Under the pieces are notes generated by a model. It searched no databases, was not told the origin of the DNA, and worked only from the letters and a program-made list of their open reading frames with translations. From the NCBI RefSeq assembly GCF_009914755.1, contig NC_060928.1: DNA of 64,000 nt, one strand, 5' to 3'. The DNA is from the human T2T-CHM13v2.0 reference genome, Homo sapiens. A program made the translations under genes and the position numbers. Below, in pieces: positions 1-11,869 of this stretch (its first letter is position 1; each line of letters starts with the position of its first letter).

Positions 1-118
1 TCCCTCATTCCTGCTCTGTCCAAGCCCCGTTGTCATTCTCAAGTTCATTGCCTAAGAGCAGTATCTCTCCAGGTGTCTCCTGTGTCTGTTCCTACCACCG
101 CTTATGTTAAGACAACTG

Positions 119-746
119 TGATATGGCTTCGGTGACTGGAGGAGCACCAGGGTCCTTAGTCTCATGCTGATTTAGATAAAACAACACGGACACATATAGA
201 GTGGTTTTAAGGAGCGGAGAGTTTAATAGGTAAGAAAGAAGGAAGAAGCTCCCCCATACAGAGACTGGAGGGGGGGCTCCAAGCCAAGAGAGGAAACCCC
301 ATGTGCCGCAGAAAAGTGGCTGCTTATATGAGTAGGCTGGAGGAGGTGGTGTCTGACTTGGGTAGGGCTCAGGGGATTGGTTTGACCAGGCATGTCATTC
401 ACGTAGCCTATGGAAAAACTGGCCCTCCCACCCTAGCCTTTTAATATGCAAATGCAGGGTGCCATGATGTTCTACACACGTGGAGATATGTGGGGGTGGT
501 CATGTTGCCAGGCACATGTAGGGGCAAGGGCAAGAGGACAAGGGTGGGAATTGCCATGTTTGGGTGGACCCGGTTTCTAATGGCCTGCATTTGCATATCA
601 AAGCTTGCCAGCCCGGCTCTAAGAGCTGGGGCTTTCCTGCTAGACAAGAAGCATTTCTGGAGCTGCTTTAAAAGAAACAAAAACTTCCCAAGGACCCCTT
701 TTCCTCTCTATCTGCCTAAAATAATTTCTTAATAACTCCTATAACA
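119..746 (-). mobile_element. Solo ERV1 LTR, LTR9-like
   Basis: The minus strand starts TGTTATAGGAGTTATTAAGAAATTATTTTAGGCAG and ends CCATATCA. The 4-bp TSD is ACTG(115-118)/ACCG(747-750), differing by one CpG transition. Two octamers are present. The family name is from memory. Confidence 0.7.
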
Positions 747-749
747 ACC

Positions 750-1510
750 GTATCTATTAGGCCTGGTAGAAAACTACATGCACCCCAGATGGGTGAAGTG
801 AAGAGACTTTAATGAGGACACTATTTGAGAAGCGTAGCGGAGGAGAATGGAAAAGCAAGGAGCAGTGGGGCACCTGGGTGACAAGAAGAGTGATGCCCTT
901 CCTACTCCTAGGGCTGGGGCAGTGGGAGGATACTGTGTTCCCAAGACCCAGTGAGAGCCAATGGAAGAGGCTATGGGCTGTGATCACCCAGTGGTTGCCA
1001 TGGTCAAAGAGAGCATGTGGAAGAGGCTGTGGCCTGTGTAGCACCGAAGTTGGGGTGAAGGGATAAAAACACCAACCCTTCCTCCTCCTGTCTTCTAGTC
1101 TTGTCGGTACCTCCTACTGGCCAAACCCAACTGACACCAAAGGGCAAGGGAGCCCAGGAGATGCAGTCCTCAGGCTCCTCTCTCCTGCACTAAGCACCAA
1201 ATGCTGGTGAGGGTGTGGAGCAATAGGATCTCTCATTCGTTGCTGGTGGGAATGCAAAAGGTAAAGCACTTTGGAAGACAGATTGTTTTTCACAGAGCTG
1301 AACGTGATCTTATCATACATTCCAGCAATCATACTCCTTGATATTTCTCCAGTGGGTTGAAAACTTACATCCACACAAAAATCCTCAGAGGAATGTTTCT
1401 AGCAGTTTTATCCATAATTGCTCAAACTTGATCACAACAGTTTCTCTGCACAGGGTAGGGCAGAGACAGCAGAGTGGGTCTGGAGGCTCAAATGAAGAAT
1501 AACTAGCACA
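750..1510. mobile_element. Old MaLR LTR (MLT1-type), interrupted by an L1 fragment
   Basis: Contains the MLT1-like tract tggccaaacccaactgacaccaaagggcaagggagcccaggagatgcagtcc. The element resumes after about 1438 and ends in ..gcaca. Confidence 0.5.
1194..1438 (+). mobile_element. Internal L1M fragment (ORF2 3' end), no poly(A)
   Basis: accaaatgctggtgagggtgtggagc...gctggtgggaatgcaaaa...cactttggaagacag is typical of the L1M ORF2 end. Confidence 0.75.
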
Positions 1511-1514
1511 GCAA

Positions 1515-1900
1515 TCACCCCCCTGCACTTGAACTATTGCAGTAGCCTCTTAAAGGCTTCCCTGCCTTCAGGCTTGTTTTCTCTCCTAAAGATTCTCCAT
1601 AATGTGACAAGAATGTTCTTTCTAAAGCAAAAATCTCCAGGTCACTCCCTTCTTACAACCGTTGAGTGACTTCCCATTGCTCCCAGGATAAAATTAGTAC
1701 TCCCCAGCATGGTGTCCAATGTCCTGTGAGCCGCATCTCTATCCACCCCACAATTCCTTTGCACTCCATACAATGCTGGGAACATGAACCTCTCTCTTAT
1801 CACCCACCTTAGCCCCTGCTTAGCCACGCCCTCTGCCTGCAATATTTTTTTTATTCCATTGTGCCTTACTCTCCATGCCTTTTCCCCAGCTGGCTAAATT
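1515..1900. mobile_element. L2 fragment
   Basis: gactattgcagtagcctc-like and gtcactccc...cttcccattgc motifs of L2. Confidence 0.5.
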
Positions 1901-2134
1901 CTGCTCCCTCACCTTTTGTTTTGTTTGGTTTTTATTTTAAGACTGCATAGGTTTCTTCCCTTTTTTTTTTTTTTTAGTTTTTAAATAGACTTTATTTTTT
2001 CTAGCAACTTTATTTTTTCTAGCAACTTTAGGTTTATAGAAAAATCAAGCAGGAAGTATAGAGTTCTCATGTTCTTCCTTTATACCCCCTCCACAGTTGT
2101 TGCACTTGTTATTAACATATTAGTGTGGTGGTAC

Positions 2135-2595
2135 TGTAGCAGGACGAGCTGCAGACAAAACTCCTCAGACACTGAGTCAAAGAAGGAAGGGGTTTATTCG
2201 GCCGGGGGCATCGGCAAGACTCCTGTCTCAAGAGCCGTGCTCCCCAAGAGAGCAATTCCTGTCCCTTTTAAGGGCTCATAACTCTAAGGGGGTGCGCGTG
2301 AGAGGGTCGTGATCAATTGAGCAAGCAGGGGGTATGTGACTGGGGGCTGCATGCACTGGCAATTAGATCGGAACAAAACAGGATAGGGATTTTCACAGTG
2401 CTTTTTATACAATGTCTGTAATCTATAGATAACATAACCAATTAGGTCAGGGGTCAATCTTTAACTACCAGGCCCAGGGTGTGGTGCCGGACTGTCTGCT
2501 TGTGGATTTCACTTCTGCCTTTTAGTTTTTACTTGTTCTTTCTTTGGAGGCAGAAATTGGGCATAAGACAATATGAGGGGTGGTCTCCTCCCTTA
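2135..2595 (-). mobile_element. Solo LTR2 (HERV-E/Harlequin group)
   Basis: The minus strand starts TAAGGGAGGAGACCACCCCTCATATTGTCTTATGCCCAATTTCTGCC. Perfect TSD GTAC at 2131-2134 and 2596-2599. Confidence 0.88.
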
Positions 2596-3322
2596 GTACC
2601 TTTGTTACTATCGATGAATCAATATACGTTCTTATTAACCAAAGTCCATAGTTTACATTAGGGCTCACCCTTTATGTTGTATAGTTCTGTGGTTTTAATA
2701 AATGCATAATGTCAAGTATCCACCATTATAGCATCTTAAAGAATAGTTTCACTGCCCTAAAAATCCCGTGTTTAACCTGTTTCTCTAACCTTCCCTCCCC
2801 TTAAACCTGTGGCAACCACTGATTTTTTTTTTCAACTGTCTTCATAGTTTTGCCTTTTTCAGAGTGTCATATAGTTGCAGTCATACAGTATGTGTCTTTT
2901 TTCAGACTGGCTTCTTTCTTTTAGCAATATGCATGCATATCTTTCCATGGCTTGAAAACTCTTTTTTTATTGCCAATAATATTCCATGATATGGATGCAC
3001 TTCAGTTTGTTTATCCATTCTCCTATTGAAGGACATCTTGGTTGCTTCCAAGTTTGAGCAATTATGGATACAGCTGCAATAAACATTTGTGTGAGGGTTT
3101 TTTAGGGGATTGTTAAGTTTTCAACCCATTTGGAGAAATACCAAGGAGTATGATTGCTAGAATGTATGGTAAGACCGTGTTCAGCTTTGCAAGAAATTGT
3201 CTGACTTCCAAAGTGCTGTACCATTTTGCATTCCCACCAGCAATGTGTGAGAGATCCCGTAGCTCCATATCCTCACCAGCATTTGGTGCTGGGTCTTGGA
3301 TTTTGGCCATTCTAATGGGTGT

Positions 3323-3887
3323 TGTTACATATGAGTCCTAAATTTCTCTTCAAAGAATCAGTATGTCAATATGTTCAATTCTTTTCCTTCTACTTTTAAA
3401 CTTAACTTCCTTGTAAAGCAACCTTTTTCGATTACCTGCTCCACCCTGACTCATTCCGATTACATGCTCCATCCTGACTCATTCAGATTACCTACTCCAC
3501 CCTCACTCATTCAGATTACCTACTGCACCCTCACTCATTCCGATGACCTGCTCATTTTACACCCTGACACATTCTGATTTCCTGCTCTGCCATAACCATT
3601 TTTCCTGACAAACCACTCACTGCGTCACTCTCTTTAAATTAGTCAATCAGAATTAGTTTAGCCTGTGCGGTCTAACCCTAGCCAATAGGGGAATGACACA
3701 GCAGCAGGGGCCGTGTGAGTCAGGGATAAGAACCCCTTCCCCTCCCTTGTCCAAGTGTGGGCTCACCATTTCTCCATCTGTAAGGAAGCACCCTTCTATA
3801 GAAGTACATTGCCTTGCTGAGAATGAAAAAGAAAATGTTATAGTCAAGTGCTATTTCTTTTGTGGCACCAAAACTTTATTTATAACA
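3323..3887 (+). mobile_element. 5' LTR (LTR10A/LTR10F-type)
   Basis: Runs tgttacatatgagtcctaaatttctcttcaaagaat...tttatttataaca and contains the 28-bp TGACTCA repeat array. Confidence 0.88.
3430..3575 (+). repeat. LTR10 AP-1 tandem repeat, 5 units
   Basis: Unit gattacctgctccaccctgactcattcc. TGACTCA is intact at 3447 and 3475 and degenerate in units 3-5. Confidence 0.9.
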
Positions 3888-3890
3888 ATT

Positions 3891-3908
3891 TGAGGGCTCG
3901 CTGGGGAT
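3891..3908 (+). other. Degenerate primer-binding site, tRNA-Pro type
   Basis: tgagggctcgctggggat matches TGGGGGCTCGTCCGGGAT at 14/18 positions and lies 3 nt after the LTR end. Confidence 0.75.
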
Positions 3909-4482
3909 TACATTCCCCTCTGGGGGCGGTCTCTGGTTCTCTCTAGTGAGGCGGCGTGCCCCGCCCCCCTGTGGCGGTCTCAGCGGTGAGAAATCAGGAC
4001 CCATGCAGTGCGAGGAATAACCCGAGCTCTCAGCAACGCGGAAAGAAACTTGCCAGCAACCTAGCTTAAAGGATCCTCACATACTACCGCGACGACTCTG
4101 CACAGACCAAGGAAGGAGCAGCTGTGGGAGCCGGTAAAGTACTTCCTTGGTGGTCAAATTCTGGAGGGCTAAAAATGTGCGTGTGTGAAAGATCACAAAC
4201 AACCCTACTTGCAGTGTTGTTTGTGTGGATGGTGACAAGTCCTACTGCTGGACGGAGTGAGTGAGTCCTCTCTGTGGTTCCATAGCTACCTCATATGGCT
4301 TAGGGCAGATCCTGCCATTGGATTTATACTGGCATGCCAACACTAAGAGGGGCCTAATTCTCCCTTGGGAGAGCAGCCAGAGAGGACAACACAAGTAGGA
4401 AATGTACAAGTGACCTTTAGAGGGGGAAAGGGAGGAAACAGGTCAACCTTCCAGAGCAGCAAGGCAAGTCACCCCCTGGTTT

Positions 4483-5524
4483 TCTGTCTGGAATTGGTGG
4501 GTTCTTGGTGTCACTGACTTCAAGAATGAAGCCGTGGACCCTCGAAGTGAGTGTTACAGTTCTTAAAGATGGTGTGTCTGGAGTTGTTCGTTCTTCCTGT
4601 CCGGAGTTGTTCATTCCTCCTGGTGGGTTCGTGGTCTTGCTGGCTTCAGGAGTGAAGCTGCAGACCTTCGCAGTGAGTGTTACAGCTCTTAAAGGCAGCG
4701 CAGACCCAAAGAGTGAATAGCAGCAAGATTTATTTCGAAGAGCGAAAGAACAAAGCTTCCACAGCATGGAAGAGGACCCGAGCGGGTTGCCACTGCTGGC
4801 TCAGGTGGGAATAACCCTTATCTGGCCCCACCCACATCCTGCTGATTGGTCCATTTTACTGAGAGCCGATTGGTCCGTTTTACAGAGAGCTGATTGGTCC
4901 GTTTTGACAGAGTGCTGATTGGTGCGTTTACAAACCTTTAGCTAGACACAGAGTGCTGATTGGTGCATTTTCAATCCTTTAGCTGGACAAGTTCTCCAAG
5001 TCCCCACCAGATTAGCTAGACACAGAGCGCCAATTGGTGCGTTTACCAACCTTTAGCTAGAGGCAGAGTGCTGATTGTTGCATTTACAATCCTTTAGCTA
5101 GACAGAAAAGTTCTCCAAGTCCCCACCCGACCCAGAAGTCCAGCCGGCTTCACCTCTCAATGGCACTCGCTGGGGTACTTTGTGGCACCTAGCTCGGGCA
5201 CTCCTGCAGCCCAGAGGGAGCTCGTCCCCAGATCAAGCCCAGCAGGCGCCCACCGGCCGCACCGACTGCGGGGCCCACTTAGCCCGTGCCCACCTGGAAC
5301 CTGCGCCGGCCCACAAGGGCCGTGTGCAGCCCCGGCTCCTGGTGCCTCTCCCTCCACACCTCCCCGCGAGCAGAGGGAGCCGACTCTGGCCTCAGCCAGC
5401 CCGAGAGAGGGGCCCCCACAGCGCAGCGGCGGGATGAGGGGCTCCTGGAGCGTGGCCAGAGCAACACCGAGGCCTAGGAGATGCCGAGAGCGAGCGAGGG
5501 CTACTAGCACGTTGTCACCTCTCA
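4483..5524 (-). mobile_element. Solo LTR12 (ERV9 LTR, long GC-rich type) inserted antisense into the provirus
   Basis: The minus strand starts TGAGAGGTGACAACGTGC and has a tandem CCAAT-box array. TSD GTTT at 4479-4482 and 5525-5528. Confidence 0.92.
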
Positions 5525-5769
5525 GTTTGAGGGATTGAGCCTTCCGGGGCAGGCAAGGAGAGCCATCCCTGGTTTGAGGGGTTGAGCCTTCCACAAATTT
5601 CAGGGGGTTGAACCTCACAGAAACCTCTGCTAGTAAGAAGGATATTCAGAACTCCCTTTCCTTTCTTCTCAAGGGAAGAAAGAGTAGCTCCACTTCCACC
5701 GGTCCCTCCCCTAGGGAAAGGGGAAGGAGAGGGGAGAACAACAGCATAAGCAGCTGGCAGAGGCAAGGA

Positions 5770-5950
5770 AAGACCAGCAAAGAGGAAAGAGAAACTGAGA
5801 GAGGAAGTTAGAGAGAAAGACAAAGAGACAGAGTCAAAGAGAGAGAGAAAGAGAGAGGCAGAGAGAGAAAAAGACAAAGAGGGAGTCAGAGAGAGAGAAA
5901 GACAGAGACAGAGAGAGTCAAAGAGAGAGAGAGAGAGAAGTAGTAAAGAG
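5770..5950 (+). repeat. GA-rich tract within the provirus
   Basis: Runs of gagagaaagacagagagagtcaaagagag. Confidence 0.8.
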
Positions 5951-6039
5951 TGTATCGTATTCTTTTAAAAGCCAGGGTAAATTTAAAACCATAATTAATA
6001 ATTGAAGGTCTTCTCCATGACCTTATAACTCTCCAAAAC

Positions 6040-6264
6040 CACCTTGTTGTCAGTGTAAACAAGGGTGTAGCCCAAAAGCACTGAGGCCACTGACAACCTG
6101 TAGCTTTCCAAATCAAAAATCCTTAACCCAGTAAACCCGTGGATGGCCCAAATGCATTCAATCTGTAGCAGCAACTGCTTTGCTAACAGAAGAAAGTAGA
6201 ACAATAACTTTTAGAGGAACTCTCATTGTGAGCACACCTCCTCAGGTCAGAACTATTCTAAGTC

Positions 6265-6299
<35 letters not shown>

Positions 6300-6694
6300 G
6301 CAAAAAGGTAGCTTCCTGACTCAAGAACCTTAAAGTATGAGGCTATTCTGTTAGAAAAAGATGATTTAACATTAACCACTGAAAATTCCCTTAACCCATC
6401 AGGTTTCCTAAATCTTAATCTAAATCAGGATCTAAATCTTAATTACCATACAAAGGTCTGATCAGATCTAGGAGGAACTCCCTTCAGGACAGGACGATAG
6501 ATGGTTCCTCCTGGGTGATTGAGGGAAAAAAGACACAATGGGTATTCGGTAAGTGATAAGGAAACTCTTGTAGAAGCAGAGTTAGGAAAATTGCCTAATA
6601 ATTGGTCTGCTCAAATGTGTGAGCTGTTTGCACTCAGCCAAGCCTTAAAGTACTTACAGAATCAGGAAGGAGCCATCTATACCAATTCTAAGTA
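6040..6694 (+). pseudogene. pol remnant: RT connection domain plus RNase H
   Basis: Hand translation across stops and frameshifts gives RGWPKCIQSVAATALLTEESR, LKYEAILLEKDDLTLT, IDGSS, SAQMCELFALSQAL and IYTNSK*. Confidence 0.8.
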
Positions 6695-7837
6695 AATATG
6701 GATTGAACAAGGTCTTATTAATAGCAAAGAATAATTGAAATCTCAAACTTACAAGGTTTTCAACAAAAGTTTGCTGAAAGTTAACAGTGTAACATGTATT
6801 ATCCTAACTTCTAATCTTGTGGCCTTAGACAGTCTACTCCACAGACATGAAGGAAGTTCACTTTGGAAAAGAGTGGTTATCATCTTTGAGAAAAAAAAAG
6901 GCCAGCGGGGGTTGTGGGGGGTGGAGAATTTATGTAAAGAGGAATGTTACATGGTAAATTCTTGTCCTAAAATAAATTAACTGTTTGTTTAAAGAAAGGG
7001 ATGTTTGCAACAAATCAGAAAGTTGAGACATGTCGAAGAAGTGTCTGTGAAAGTCATGAGAAAAAAAAAGTTATAAAAGGGAATTTATGCAAGAAATATT
7101 GTATAATGTAAAAGTAATTAGGCCTCCTGAATGTAAAACTATTGAAGAAACAGTTTATGTGCAAGGCGTGTAAGGAAAGTAAAATATCCCTTCGGTAAAA
7201 GGGTTATAAAGAGGCATAAGAATGTGGATTTTTACCTACATTAAAAGGTTAAAAAATATTTTGTTTTAAAGGTTTAAGCAAGTTTTGAAACGTTAATTGT
7301 AAAGGAAATTCTGAGTGTAAACATATTGGCTAAAGTTAAAGGGGTATCCAGTTTTTCTGTGAACTGGACATTAAAATAAAAGCACAACAGGTTTTTCTCT
7401 AACCTGCTCTTTAACAAAAATTATAAAAGGTTAAAAAGAGTCTACAAAAATCTTACTTTATGGTCAGACATTAAAAATTGGATAAATATGTCTACAAGCT
7501 TTTATTAAAATTAAGTTATTAATAACACTAATATAAAGGTGAAATTTAGCTTATCTGGTATAAAATAATACAGGATGCATTGTCAAATATAAAATGGTGT
7601 TTGGCTTTCTTTGGTCTAAAAACTAGTAAAAATAGGTGCTAAAGGAAATTTCTTAGTAAGAAGGCACCAAGGACTATAAAGTCCACTGCTGATGTCCCCA
7701 CATTTAAAACAAAAGATCAATTTCTTAGAAATTATATAGCTGGTTTATCTTCCACTTTCCTTTCTCTCAAAACTAAAAGTCTTTTAGCACGGATACCACC
7801 CCTAGAACTTCTGGTAAACCAGTGCCAGCCTGAGGAT

Positions 7838-8046
7838 CACGTTCTCATCAAAGGGTGGAAAGAAGGAAAACTTGAGCCAGCCTGAGAAGGACCCTACCTT
7901 GTGCTGCTGACCACCGAGACTGCTGTTCGTACACCGGAAAGGGGATGGACTCATCACACCCGAGTCAAGAAAGTGCAGCCCCCTCCAGAGACGTGGGCCA
8001 TAGTCCCAGGGAAAAGCCTACCAAACTAAAGCTAAGAAAAATTTAA
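7838..8046 (+). pseudogene. pol remnant: integrase C-terminus (GPY/F module)
   Basis: HVLIKGWKEGKLEPA*EGPYLVLLTTETAVRTPERGWTHHTRVKK. Confidence 0.85.
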
Positions 8047-8049
8047 CTC

Positions 8050-10046
8050 TCTTCTATTCTATTAATCCTTCTTCTTTCCTCACTCTATTGCTGACCATCT
8101 AACTATTAACATAACCAAGTCAATTTCACCTCAAACTATTGCATTTGATGCTTGCCTTGTTATACCCTGTGGGGGCTTGTCAAGTCAAAGACAGCTCTCT
8201 ACTTCAGAAAAGTACCTCTGTCCCTCCTGACTCTCCTCAGACTGGACATTAGTGAATTGGGACCATTTAATCTGGGGAGATTTTGATAAAGACCCCAGTG
8301 TCAACCAGCAGTCTTGCCCCCTGATGTAGAGCTTTTGTGCCATAGTCGATCCAATGTTCTGTGACCACTGAAGAGCAAGGGTGGACTGCTCCAACTGATT
8401 TTTGTAATTTCCTAAAACCATACATTCATTTTACTAGAGGGACAGCCCCCACCACCGCCACCCCTCTGCCAACTGTCAGCTAAACCAGTGCAATCCTATG
8501 CAGGTTATTATCTCAAACCCTCAAAGTTCTTCCCCTTTTCTAAGCCAGTTCCCTTCTTTAAGCTAGTTTTATGGTATGGGGGCTGAGGTTTCAGGGACAG
8601 AACCTAATGGATTCTTTGAAATGCATTTCTTTGATCCCCTGCCACCTGCACCTTCCTCTAAGCCTTCTTCCAAAACCTCTCACAATGAAACAATTGCTCC
8701 TCCTCCATCTAACGACAAGACCAAAATAGCTATTGTAGAAGTTAAAGACTTAAAACAAACTTTGGCAATTAAGACAGGATACCAAGATGCAAATGCCTGG
8801 TTGAAATGGATCAAATATTCCATCTACACGTTAAAAGCAATTGTTATGCTTGTGCACACGGCAGTCCAGAGGCCCAGATTGTCCTCTTTCCACTAGGGTG
8901 GTCCTCCAGTAGACCGGGTGTGGGCTGCATGGTAGCTCTTTTCCAGGATTCTACAGCCTGGAGTAACAAGTTGTGCCACTCTCTCTCTCTGCTATATCCC
9001 AAAGTCTGGCACCCTGCGGGTCAGCCCCTGAGGGCCATCCAGCTTCCATCTCCCAACACTAAGTTCACTTCATGTCTCCCACAACAGGGAGAAAACTTAG
9101 CGTTCCTTGGAGACCTGAAGGGATGCAGTGAGCTTAAGAATTTTCAACAGCTTATCAATCAGTCAGCCCTTGTTCATCCCTGAGTGGAGGTGTGGTGGTA
9201 TTGTGGTGGACCTTTACTGGACACTCTGGCCAATAACTGGAGTGGCACTTGTGCTTTAGTCCAATTGGCTATCCCTTTCACCCTGGCATTTCATCAACCA
9301 GAGGAAGGAAAAATAAGACATCATAAAGCGAGAGAAGCCCCTCATGTGTCTTTCGACTCTCACGTCTATTTAAATGCAATTGGAGTTCCATGGGGAATAC
9401 CAGATCAATTTAAATCCCGAAATCAAATAGCTGCAGGATTTGAGTCAATATTTTGGTGGGTGACAATTAATAAAAATGTATATTGGATAAACTACATCTA
9501 CTACAACAACAGCAATTTATTAACTACACTAGAGATGCTGTTAAAGGAATAGCTGAGCAATTAGGGGCTACTAGCCAGATGGCTTGGGAAAATAGGATAG
9601 CCTTAGACATGATATTAGCAGAAAGAGGAGGAGTTTGCATCGTGATTAAAACTCAACATTGTATCTTCATCCCAAACAACACTGCCCCTGATGGAAGTAT
9701 AACAATGGCATTGCAAGGTCTGACTGCTCTGTCCAATGAGTTAGCCAACAACTCAGGGGAAAATGACCCCTTTACAGGATGGCTAGAAAAGTGGTTTGGT
9801 AGATGGAAAAGAATAATAGCCTTGATTCTTACTTCCCTCGCAGCCATAATGGGTGTACTTATTCTTGTCAGGTGCTGTGTCACACCATGCATCTGTGGGT
9901 TGGTGCAAAGGCTCATAAAAACGGCACTTACTAAAACCTCCCTTAACTATCCTCCACCTTATCCAGAGAAGCTTCTTCTTTTGGAAAATCAAGCAGAACA
10001 ACTAAGCCAAGACATGTTAAAGAAGTTTGAAGAGAAAGCGCTATAA
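8050..10046 (+). pseudogene. Disrupted HERV-IP env (SU+TM)
   Basis: Consecutive ORF pieces 8576-8896, 8806-9183, 9184-9552 and 9483-10046. They include the immunosuppressive domain WENRIALDMILAERGGVC, a degenerate CX6CC (CIVIKTQHC) and a hydrophobic anchor IIALILTSLAAIMGVLILV. Several stops and frameshifts are present. Confidence 0.9.
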
Positions 10047-10066
10047 GGAAATGCAAGAAGACAAAT

Positions 10067-10880
<814 letters not shown>

Positions 10881-11029
10881 GTGTGCAGTGGTGTCTCCTT
10901 GTTGTTTTAATTTTTCAGTTCCCTAATGACATATGCCATTGAACATCTTTTCATTTGCTTAGGTGCCACTTCTGCTCCAGTTTTAACGGCTTAGTTGATG
11001 CTTTCTGCAGGAAAGCTCTCTCCCCCATT

Positions 11030-11785
11030 GTGTCAGATAGCCTTTGCTGTGTAATAGATGACTTCAAAACTTGGTAGCTGAAAATAGCAATCATATATCT
11101 GTGGGTCACGTGGAGTTCAGCTGATTAGGCAGGGTTGCGCTGGTTGGCCCAGCTTTGGGCTTGTGGGTCTCCTGGGTCTGCTGGGTCTGCTAGATGACTC
11201 TGTTCCATAGGCCTCCAACCTTCTTTAAGCATATCTGCCATCATATGTTCTCACGACAAAGGCAGAGGCACAACAGGGTGAGTGGAAACATGACATTTCT
11301 TAAAGTCTGGACTCACTGAGACATACCTGCAATTAGTTACAGTAAGTCACAGGGCCAACTCCAAATTCAAGGGGCAGTATGAGGCCATAGCAAGGATGTG
11401 GATGCATGATGGGGACGAGAGAAGAATTAAGACCAACAAGTCAATCCACCACAGTGCACTACTTTGATCATAACTTTCCTCTAACATGCAAATGTCCTTA
11501 CCCCCAACCCAGGGTCCCAAAGGGCTTGATTGGATCTGCAGGATGTCATGGAGACCTGTAGACTAAAATGGCAAGTCGTTTGCACCTTAAATACCCAACA
11601 CTCAGAGGCAGAACAGGAAGGAAATAACCAAAATAAAATCTTCCATCTCACATTCTCCTATTTCTTTTCACATGCCACTGGTCACAGCAAGTCACATGGC
11701 CAAAACTAAAGCCAAGGGATACTCATGATGAGGCCATGACACAGTAGGGATACAGAATTGGGGACAATACTTTACCCCAGTATAA
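11030..11785. mobile_element. MLT1-type MaLR fragments
   Basis: caagtcacatggccaa, gaggccat..caagg and gaattggggacaata motifs. Confidence 0.5.
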
Positions 11786-11869
11786 ACAGAAATGGAAGGA
11801 TGGTTGTTCTTCCATTTATATCATCTGCCTTGACCACCACTTCTGAAACGGGCTTTAGAAAAATGCCCT

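Noticed and set aside
3430-3575. CRISPR-like array of 28-bp repeats (also the LTR12 CCAAT repeats)
   Set aside because: The units are head-to-tail with no unique spacers, lie inside retroviral LTRs, and the DNA is eukaryotic.
8050-10046. Intact domesticated env (syncytin- or EnvP(b)1-like gene)
   Set aside because: Multiple stops (e.g. 9181-9183) and frameshifts split it into at least four ORFs.
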